Below are positions 51,801 to 62,141 of a DNA stretch of 64,000 bases, piece by piece. The notes below the pieces were generated by a model that was given only the letters and a program-made list of their open reading frames with translations, was not told the origin of the DNA and did not search any database. Numbering within the stretch: position 1 is the stretch's first letter; every line of letters starts with the position of its first letter. A program made the translations under genes and the position numbers. Origin of the DNA: Octopus sinensis (taxonomy: Eukaryota); assembly GCF_006345805.1 (NCBI RefSeq), contig NC_042998.1, forward strand, positions 19,840,001 to 19,904,000, read 5' to 3'.

Positions 51801-53011
51801 TCTGTCTGTCAGCATATGCAACTCTGAAGACATCTGTCATTCAATGAATACATTATGACCAGTTTCTCATTACTTTAACTGACAAACACACACATATATC
51901 ATATATAACCACTGACTGATTTATAATATAAAAATTTTGAATAATATCTGCGAGAATTAATTAATGTGATACGTGCATTCATATATTTTGCAATTACAAA
52001 GAATGTTAAAAATTAATCGATTTTAAGGCACACTGATATTTCATGCCAAGGAATTAAAACATTTTGTCATGGTCTTAAAATAATAGGTAGTCACATGTTG
52101 CTCCTAATAAAGATTTGATTCTGACATTAATTTGGATACGACGTCGTTAAATAATCTTTTTCTCGTCGTCATGTTTGAAAGAGATTATATTTTTGCTTTA
52201 AGTGTAATTCAAAAATAATTGGCATATTTCAATCCATCTTAGATCCGTGAAGCATTCTTAGATAAAAGCTGTTAAAATTTCAGTAAAATTCCTCACAATG
52301 TCAAGCTCTTTATAATGTGAGCTTGGATCACATAAAACAAAGATTTTCAAATTCAATTGAATTAATCCCAGAGTGTTGACGTTTTTCTGTTTTCTTTATT
52401 TTTCCTTTGATACAGTTCATGTTTTTCCTTGATATTTTATGAGATTCTGAAGTGGAATTACAACACTACGTTCATTAAAATGCTTTCGTTTCGAGAACAC
52501 TACTTGCAGTATTTTATTCTTCACATGTCTTTTCCTTTTAATTATTGCAATGCAATAAAAGAAAATAAACATTATTCTATGTTGAAGTAGTGGAATTTAA
52601 AGAAAACGCATTTATCTTTGAGAGTCTCACAATAGGTTCACAGTACTTCTTTAACGACTCCCTACTTTGTGATATTTGTAAGTAGTGTATGAGCAACCTT
52701 TTATTACGTATGAATAGTTGAATATGCATTAAATCAACACAAGTTAAACAAGAATTTTAAACATATATAATCTCAAAACGTATAAAGGAAATGTTTAGTT
52801 AAGGACTTTCAATACGTTTCGACTCGTTAAAGATTTTTTTCACAATTTATAAAGAAGTATGGATTCATTCCATTTCTTAAAGGAACAGAAGCACGCAAAA
52901 CAGGAATTGAGCAATTTCAACAATAATAGAAAGAGTTACGCCAATTAATATGTTTTATGCACATTACTTTACGATACAATCTAACTTATACACGCACACG
53001 AGTATATATAT

Positions 53012-53091
<80 letters not shown>

Positions 53092-53092
<1 letters not shown>

Positions 53093-53894
53093 AAAAAAAT
53101 ACAAACTGGGACAAGAACGCAAAGCATTTAGAAGACGATACAAAAAACACGGACGGGACATTCGAAGCCTTCAATCGTCAGTCAAGAACCGGATCATCCT
53201 CGCAATTTCGGCTGATTAATCTTGAGACTGCTCCGATCTGGCCAGCCCCAAAGGAAAATCTAAGCCAAGCGCATTAGATTCCTTGGAAGAAAGCCTCGAA
53301 TGTATACAAAACAAGGACGGGGAAACGGACGATGTTACACGAATAAGAATACAAAAATACGTAAAAACAATAATGATAATAATAATAACAAAATCAGGAC
53401 GTCACAGACAGGCGTCTTTCGACAGGACGAGTAAACTTTGAGCTGGCGTGTTAGAAAAATGCCTTAGGGCAGAGAGAGAAAAAAATGTATCTTGCCGCGA
53501 CGACTGTTAAGCACGAAAAGCCGGCAATCGGTCAGTCAGTCACGTGTGAGGAGAAGAGAGAGGAAAAGAGGGACAGAGAATAAAGGGGAACAAGGAACAA
53601 AGGAGGAGGAGAAGAAAGAGAGAGAGAGAGAGAGCGAGAAAGAGACAGATCAAAGTGCAGTGCAAAAAGTGAAATGCAGAGAAATGTAGGAGAGCGGGGA
53701 GAGAGACAGTGTTATAGAGTTGTACCAAGTTTAAAGAAATATGTACTTACATAAAAGATGAAAGGGGTACGGGCGTCGCTATATATATATATATGTATGT
53801 AAAAAATACACGATTGAAGGCTTCGAATGTCCCGTCCGTGTTTTTTGTATCGTCTTCTAAATGCTTTGCGTTCTTGTCCCAGTTAGTATTTTTT

Positions 53895-53969
<75 letters not shown>

Positions 53970-54005
53970 GCGACGCCCGTACCCCTTTGGTCTTATATGT
54001 AAGTA
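53092..54005. mobile_element. ORF-less element with inverted copies of both ends, in (TA)n
   Basis: 53092-53178 recurs inverted at about 53809-53897; about 53742-53781 recurs inverted at about 53967-54005. Confidence 0.75.
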
Positions 54006-54018
54006 TATAATATATATA

Positions 54019-54062
<44 letters not shown>

Positions 54063-54199
54063 TCAATATAGGGTGCCAATCAATATTTATTTGCTGCCGA
54101 TAAATTTGGCGCGAGTGCGATGATTTGAAAATTTTAGGTCAGATATTAACTTGGCAGGGTCGGAAGTGCCTCGTGTAAATATCTGTCCGACTTGTGGCT

Positions 54200-54306
54200 A
54201 TTTCTTACTGAAGAATCTGAGGGCCTATGGAAGATTGGCTTGATTTAATTTAATCAGGTTAGTTTACCATTAAACAGCAGACGAAACGGTGCACCGTATA
54301 AGAAAT
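54200..54306 (+). ncRNA. Type I hammerhead with extended stem II (copy 1)
   Basis: ATTTCTTA-CTGAAGA-ATCTG...CAGAC-GAAA-CGGTGCACCG-TA-TAAGAAAT; 8-bp stem I; palindromic stem III; GUA cleavage predicted after 54298; A.C mismatch at the base of stem II. Confidence 0.75.
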
Positions 54307-54694
54307 TACAGGGTAAATGTTTTTTAAATTTTCTCCTGTTTACGGAATTGACTTTTATTTGCGGTTGAAGCTTTGGCTGTTATTTCTAGTGAGTGAATGG
54401 CCTATTATGGCCGTTCCTTGATTGTTGATGTTGAACTTAAAAATGGTCTATGACTATTTAATTTTTTCCCACTAGGCCGCTGGTGGCAAAAAAATTCTAC
54501 AAAATTTTTTTTTTTGGCACCCTATATTGATTAATTATGAATTTTCTGGTTAATTCCGTAATGGAATCGATGGCTTATATTTATTTGCTGCCGATAAATT
54601 TGGCGCGAGTGCGATGATTTGAAAATTTTAGGTCAGATATTAACTTGGCAGGGTCGGAAATGCCTCGTGTAAATATCTGTTCCGACTTGTGGCT

Positions 54695-54801
54695 ATTTCT
54701 TACTGAAGAATCTGAGGGCCTATGGAAGATTGGCTTGATTTAATTTAATCAGGTTAGTTTACCATTAAACAGCAGACGAAACGGTGCACCGTATAAGAAA
54801 T
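54695..54801 (+). ncRNA. Type I hammerhead with extended stem II (copy 2)
   Basis: Identical motif; cleavage predicted after 54793. Confidence 0.75.
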
Positions 54802-54922
54802 TACAGGGTAAATGTTTTTTTAAATTTTCTCCTGTTTACGGAATTGACTTTTATTTGCGGTTGAAGCTTTGGCTGTTATTTCTAGTGGGTGAATGGCCTA
54901 TTATGGCCGTTCCTTGATTGTT

Positions 54923-54953
<31 letters not shown>

Positions 54954-55237
54954 GCATATATATATATATATAGCAATTAAGGACAACTACTTAATAAGGA
55001 AAACTTAACAAGAAATTGTCAGGTAGATAGCGTAAAAACCGCATAAGAGAAAAAATTTCGAAAATAATTATTTCTTATTGAACATATTAATTTATATATA
55101 GAGGGCATTATACATACATGCCAGAAGGCATTATACATACATGCCAAACGCTAAGAGGGACAATTAGTCATTTCTACCAAAAATATTACTAATCCCACCG
55201 AATGCAATTTTTCAAAGTAAGACATTTAAAAAAATAT

Positions 55238-55285
55238 AGACCTGTATCACAGTGATTTCATACTTACGTACTCATCAGCAGGCCT
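55238..55285 (-). ncRNA. Type I hammerhead ribozyme
   Basis: AGGCCTG-CTGATGA-GTAC(GTAA)GTAT-GAAA-TCA(CTG)TGA-TA-CAGGTCT; canonical core, 7-bp stem I, GNRA loop II, AUA triplet. Confidence 0.85.
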
Positions 55286-55718
55286 GAATGTATTACAAAT
55301 AAACAACGACCCTGCCCCGCTTAAGCCGATCAGCTAACTGCTCAACATCAACGAAGCACATGGGTGAGTTTACATATATTACATCCGGATAAATGGCAAA
55401 CTTTTACGAATTGCATTTCGGGAGAGGAAAAGTTTTTTCGGAATAAAAATTTAGCAATTAAGGACAACTACTTAATAAGGAAAACTTAACAAGAAATTGT
55501 CAGGTAGATAGCGTAAAAACCTCATAAGAGAAAAAATTTCGAAAATAATTATTTCTTATTGAACATATTAATTTATATATAGAGGGCATTTTACATACAT
55601 GCCAGAAGGCATTATACATACATGCCAAACGCTAAGAGGGACAATTAGTCATTTCTACCAAAAATATTACTAATCCCACCGAATGCAATTTTTCAAAGTA
55701 AGACATTTAAAAAAATAT

Positions 55719-55766
55719 AGACCTGTATCACAGTGATTTCATACTTACGTACTCATCAGCAGGCCT
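55719..55766 (-). ncRNA. Type I hammerhead ribozyme
   Basis: Identical to 55238-55285. Confidence 0.85.
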
Positions 55767-56267
55767 GAATGTATTATAAATAAACAACGACCCTGCCCCG
55801 CTTAAGCCGATCAGCTAACTGCTCAACATCAACGAAGCACATGGGTGAGTTTACATATATTACATCCGGATAAATGGCAAACTTTTACGAATTGCATTTC
55901 GGGAGAGGAAAAGTTTTTTCGGAATAAAAATTTAGCAATTAAGGACAACTACTTAATAAGGAAAACTTAACAAGAAATTGTCAGGTAGATAGCGTAAAAA
56001 CCTCATAAGAGAAAAAATTTCGAAAATAATTATTTCTTATTGAACATATTAATTTATATATAGAGGGCATTATACATACATGCCAGAAGGCATTATACAT
56101 ACATGCCAAACGCTAAGAGGGACAATTAGTCATTTCTACCAAAAATATTACTAATCCCACCGAACGCAATTTTTCAAAGCAAGACATTTAAAAAAATATA
56201 GACCTGTATCAGCAGTTAGCTGATCGGCTTAAGCGGGGCAGGGTCGTTATTTATTTATAATACATTC

Positions 56268-56315
56268 AGGCCTGCTGATGAGTACGTAAGTATGAAATCA
56301 CTGTGATACAGGTCT
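56268..56315 (+). ncRNA. Type I hammerhead ribozyme (inverted copy)
   Basis: Identical motif on +; cleavage predicted after 56308. Confidence 0.85.
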
Positions 56316-56849
56316 ATATTTTTTTAAATGTCTTACTTTGAAAAATTGCATTCGGTGGGATTAGTAATATTTTTGGTAGAAATGACTAATTGTCCCTCTT
56401 AGCGTTTGACATGTATGTATAATGCCTTCTGGCATGTATGTATAATGCCCTCTATATATAAATATATATATATATATATATAATAAGGACTTAGAAAGAA
56501 TTTTTGGGCCCACATGCTAAGAATCTGACGCTAGATCGTCTCCCCTCTCAAAGAAGTAACAAACACTGAAGACGGGAGATCCTTTAGGCAAACCTAGAAA
56601 TTAGCCTAATACAGAACTATTTTATTAAAAATTTCCGTTAGCTTGTTGCATCGAATTCAACACGTGTGTTTGAGACGATTTAGCGTCTATTTCTCAGCAT
56701 TAAGTAGAAAAATATTTCTGAGATCTTATTATAATTATACAAATAATTTTCACCTTAAATGGTTTCCTTTTATATGTCAGCCACTAATAAAATGCTTTTT
56801 AAAAAAAGATTTATCCTCTGTATTATAGCTCCAATTTTTTTATGCTCTT

Positions 56850-56978
56850 TCTCTTTATTTCCTCATGTTCCAACCTGTTGACGAGCGTAGGCTCGAAACG
56901 TGAAAGACTTTCTCAGCTTCCCAAGCGTTTGTTTTTTATACACCTCTCTTCGTCTTTTGTTTTTCTATAAATTTCAAC
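56850..56978 (+). mobile_element. Penelope-like 3' end with degenerate hammerhead-like motif
   Basis: CTGTTGA-C-GAGC(GTAG)GCTC-GAAACGTG at 56875-56902; homologous to 13201-13326 (-). Confidence 0.55.
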
Positions 56979-58038
56979 TATATATATATACATACGGATA
57001 CATATATATATATATATATATGCACACACACATATATACAGACATATATATATACACACACACATATGTATATATATATATATGCATAAAATACAGAAAC
57101 CATATATATTAATATCTGTATTTAACTATACATACATACGTACATACATTCATACACACACACACACATATATATAAATATATATATATATATTATATAT
57201 ATATATATATACATATATATATGTATATATATATATGTGTATGCATGTATCTACGTCTATGTTGTGGGCGTATATGTGTGTGTTTATGTAAGTATTTATG
57301 TATGCAGAAATTTATGCTTGTATAAGAAAGAACCAACAATGTAGTGTATGTCGCCACTGGACCTGTTGGAATTCACTCCATATCACAAATCCACCTTCCT
57401 GAACAAAAAAAATATATATATATTAAACAGTGGGAACATTCATTAGTAGTGGAAGTTAGCTAATTTTAGTTATATAATATTTGAAATCAAGAGTGGGAAA
57501 GCTATGGATTAAATATTGTTGATCGCAGGGCTGTTGTGTTGGCAATGAGCCTTTTCTAAACCACAATAAAGACAAGTGTGTATGTATGCATGCATGTGTG
57601 CATTAGTTAATGTTGAGGAGTCTCGAGAAAAAAATATTTTTATAAAACTCAACAGGCTCTGATTGTATAAGGAATCTGAATATGTTCGTATGTAGTAGTC
57701 ATGCACAATATAGGATGAAATTTTCTGACAATTATGAATATATCTTCCCTAAACGAAGAAGCTAAAATATTCAAAATGAAATTAGTTTGGATATAAGTAC
57801 AGAAATATTACATTTCTAATTAAATATTCAATTATGAATATACCTGCAATACTTCTTAATTATTAGATAGAATATGTTAATCTTGGCAATAATCAGGAGT
57901 GTTTCTCTATTAGTTATCTCGTCAATGGAACTAGATACTTATAATTAGCTATGTTTAATTGATTATATCATTCTACTCGTCACCCTATTTACGGAAATTT
58001 TATTCATTTAACTAGCTTGACAATGTGTAGGAAACACC

Positions 58039-58346
58039 GTGATCATCTTGACCGACCAGGCTATCAGATGTTGCTGCACATCGCTGGTGTCAATGCGTTT
58101 CGCATTGTTTTAGCCTTGAAATGACGCCACCCCGCTGGCTAAGCGAGCAGGCCACGAGAAGAAAGAGTGAGAGAAAGTTGTGGCGAAAGAGTACAGCAGG
58201 GATGGCCACCACCTCCTGCCGGAGACTCGTGGAGCTTTAGGTGTTTTCGCTTAATAAACACTCACAATGCTCTGTCTGTGAATCGAAACCGCGATCCTAC
58301 GACCGCGAGTCCGCTGCCCTAACCACTGGGCCATTGCGCCTCCACA
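58039..58346 (-). mobile_element. SINE family C, tail type 2
   Basis: Reverse-strand match to 42803-43090. Confidence 0.88.
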
Positions 58347-59114
58347 TGCATCGGAATATAAGCTAAAATAGAACAATGAAACAAATTCATGCCTTTCATT
58401 TTCAACCAACTAATACAGCAACGAAATTGAAGACAAAATTGTAATATTTAACATAGTAATATAAATCTCTGAAGATCTATGAATTTATTATCGAAAGAGA
58501 AACGTGAATATTGATAAGAAATATTGTTACAGACCAAACAACGGCCATATGATTAGTACAGATGTAAAGCAATTCTGAAATACGTATTTCTGAACATACA
58601 CGCCGAAACAATGATTTCTTCGCGTGTTATTAAAGAGCATTACAATTCGTTATAGGCACAGAGCCCCGTATACATTATTACTGATATTCATACTGATATG
58701 CCACAGGCATTTATGGAGTATAAGTTAGAATTGGAGGATTAATTATTTGGCATGAGCTTTTTGATAATTCAGTGACCAGCGCTGACGGGTCCATGAATCC
58801 TTCCACATTTCACGAAAATGTTTCTTAGCTTCAGAATTCATGTCGTCAGCAGAGGAATGGCTTAAACGACAATTTTTATCACCAAAATCTATCATGATTC
58901 AAGCTTAGTTAAATATACACGGCGTGTAACAAGTCATATCCGCATGTTTGCAGAGTTAAACAACCTGCATTCAGGGAACATATAAAGCGGTTTTAGAAAG
59001 TAAAGGATTTTTGCATAAATAAAAGCCATAGCAATTATAAAATAAGTTATATCTATCTTATAATGCGTGTACTTTTTATGGAACTTGTTCAGTAGAAAAG
59101 GGATAAAATTCTTT

Positions 59115-59525
59115 TATCTTTTATCTTTTTTTATATCTTTTACTTGTTTCAGTCATTTGACTGCGGCCATACTGGAGCACTGCCTTTAGTCGACCCCAGA
59201 GCTTATTCTGGGTAAGCCTAGGACTTATTCTATCGGTGTCTTTTGTCACGGGGACGTAAATACACGACCATCGGCTGTCAAGCGATGTTGGGGAGACAAA
59301 CACGGACACACAAACATACACACACACATACACACACACACACACACATATATGTATATATATATATATACGACGGGCTTCTTTCAGTTTCCGTCTACTA
59401 AATCCACTCACAAGGCTTTGGGTCGGCCCGAGGCTATAGTAGACACTTGTCCAAGGTGCTACGTAGTTGGACTGAACCATGTGGCTGGTAAGCAAGCTAC
59501 TTAACACACAGCTACTCCTGCGCCT
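59115..59525 (-). mobile_element. SINE family B
   Basis: Reverse-strand copy, followed by (GATA)n at 59560-59690. Confidence 0.88.
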
Positions 59526-59563
59526 ATATTCATATAACTGACATGAAAAAATACACAGACAGT

Positions 59564-59661
<98 letters not shown>

Positions 59662-60897
59662 TAGAGAGATAGATAGATAGATAGATAGTTATAATATCTT
59701 TGAATCCTTTTCTTGTGCCTAGTACAGGATGTAATATCACATGATAATATCCACTTGTCCGTCTGGATATAGGTGGGCTATGTATTAATCATAGGACACG
59801 TATCATTCTCAGAATTGTAAAACAGAGTAATAAAATCAACTACTGCACTTCTCTAGTATTATTTTTATCAATACCGTAAAATTCACTAAACATTGAGCGC
59901 GATGACAACCTTAATAATCTCTAACGTTGGAATTTGACTGAACTAAATACTACAAATTATTTAATTTATTATTATGGCGTTTCTCCAAATTACCACTTAC
60001 ATGTATTGCTAATTTGATATAACTGTCATATAGCTACATAAAATTAGAATGCCCAGTTAAATGCGTTTTAATAAATGTTTGAAAATGTTTGTTAAGCAAT
60101 AGTCAAAACTAATGTAACATACTTGTAAGAAATTAATTGCTGTACTGATATAAAAAGAATTATTTCTGTTTTAATAATATTTAATCATATCGATAAACAA
60201 TGAAATCATTCATTATATGCATAAGAGAAACAAACGTGTCATAAAATGAAGAGAGGCGCGATTTTGATCAAAACACTCTGACAGGTTTAATCGAATTTTA
60301 AATAGGAATTTAATTTTGAATATAACAAGATTTTATTAAATTTATGCAATACAATGTATTTAAAATACTTGCATTATTCGTAATTTAACGTACGGTTTCC
60401 TTTACACGAATTTTTATGCATTGCAAATTCAGACATGTGATGGAGTAGAGACTGAAGGAGGAGATTTATATGAAGTAAGTTGAAATACGGTCTGCTATAG
60501 AAACTGAAAAATCAAATACTTTTTTTTTATTTGTGATAAGTTTACGTCATCTGTCATTTAATCTCTACCATTGATGCGTTCTGAATAAAATTGTATGAAT
60601 GAATATATTTAATGTTATTTTATTTGTCTAGTCTCCTGAAACATGTATTTGTCTACTCATTCTTGTGTAATATATTCTATAAAATTACTGCCGTAATTGT
60701 ATTTATTTTTCCTGTGTAATCACATTTAATCATCTAATATTTAGTTAAATATGATTTCTTTTTTTCTCAATACACGAAGAGTTGGTAAATACTTTCACGA
60801 TCTTAGCGTTTACAAAACCCTTTCCTATAAATAACATGTTGCTTTTAATAACCTTCTCTTGTTCTTCTTCCAATCATACTAACTATATTTTTTCTAA

Positions 60898-61145
60898 GTG
60901 GCTTAGTGATTAGGGTGTCAGCACCATGATCGTAATATTGTGGTTTCGATTCCTGGACCGGGCGACGCGGTGTGTTCTTGAGCAAAACACTTCATTTCAC
61001 ATTGCCCCAGTTCACTCAGCTGGCAAAAATGAGTAACGCTGCGGTGGACTGGCGTCCCGTCCAGCTGAGAGGAACACATACGTCATAGAACCCGGGAAAC
61101 CGGGCCCATGAGCCTGGTTAGGCTTTAAAAGGGTGTATATTTTTA
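60898..61145 (+). mobile_element. SINE family D
   Basis: Matches 18687-18950; slightly 5'-trimmed. Confidence 0.88.
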
Positions 61146-61396
61146 TTTATATAATTTTCCTAAATCTTTGCTTACAGTTACCGTATACCTTTCCCCAGTG
61201 CACATATTTCATCTATCACTATGTTCCTTAAAATATTTATGTCTGTGAGATCTGCTCTGGTGAAGGTGACATGGACATATATTGCTATGCTCAGTTTTAT
61301 ATCCAATTCCACAATAAGTGAAAAGTTCGCAATTTGTTATCACCTACTTTTTGCGGAAAAAACATAAGATTGGTTAATTTGCATTGGTTTTTATCA

Positions 61397-61564
61397 ATAG
61401 GCGAAGGAGTGGCTGCGTGGTAAGTAGCTTGCTCGCGAATCACATCGTTCTGGATTCAGTTCCACTGCGTGGCTCCTTGGGCAAGTGTCTTCTACTATAG
61501 CATCGGGCCAATCAAAGCTTTGTAAGTGGATTTCGTAGACAGAAATTGAAAGTAGCCCGTCGTA

Positions 61565-61645
<81 letters not shown>

Positions 61646-61735
61646 GTGTGTGTGTGTGTATTTGTGTGCCTGTGTTTCTCCCCCCAACATTACTTGACAA
61701 CCGATACTGATGTGTTTACGTCCCTGTAACTTAGT
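61397..61735 (+). mobile_element. SINE family B, 3'-truncated
   Basis: Stops at GTAACTTAG, where unrelated sequence begins. Confidence 0.85.
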
Positions 61736-62141
61736 ACTTTAGCCAGAGATGTAAGAGTATCAGTTCAATGAATTAAGGTTGTTTGTGTAATTGTAGTATT
61801 CATTAATTGTACTCTAATTATGGGAGTGATTCGTCGCAGTGTTGTTGGAGATTTTCAACAGTATCTCATCCAACATATGTATTGATTATACTGACTTTCC
61901 TTGATGACATATTCTCTTCAAATATGCCTAAATTTCTGATGATGTTTTTGTGACATTAATCATGTATTTGAGGGATTTTTATCATAATTTTTCAAATACC
62001 TTTATTATGAAAAACTGTCACGGCTTTCCAAGAATCTTTGTCAAGATTATTTACCCTTCTTTCATTTCTGTTAGTTTTCAAGTTTAACTTTGTGATATTT
62101 CTTTTACTTTGTTTTTACTCTACTTCATATACTTTATTATT

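Larger units (their letters stand above)
54057..54925 (+). mobile_element. Partial tandem dimer of a 495-bp hammerhead-bearing unit
   Basis: Direct repeats 54083-54429 and 54577-54925; 23-bp left end 54057-54079 is the inverted copy of 54514-54536; (TA)n flanks. Confidence 0.85.
54971..56463 (-). mobile_element. 481-bp tandem array (2.6 copies) plus a 253-bp inverted terminal copy, hammerhead in each unit
   Basis: Units start at 54971, 55452 and 55933; 56211-56463 is an inverted copy; only a few substitutions between copies; (TA)n on both sides. Confidence 0.9.

Noticed and set aside
53150-53230. Permuted (type II) hammerhead in the 53092 element
   Set aside because: CTGACGA and GAAA are present on the minus strand, but the stems are not contiguous with the core.
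58478-58512. CTGAAGA...GAAACGTG
   Set aside because: Only a 3-bp stem II, a GUG triplet and no stem I.
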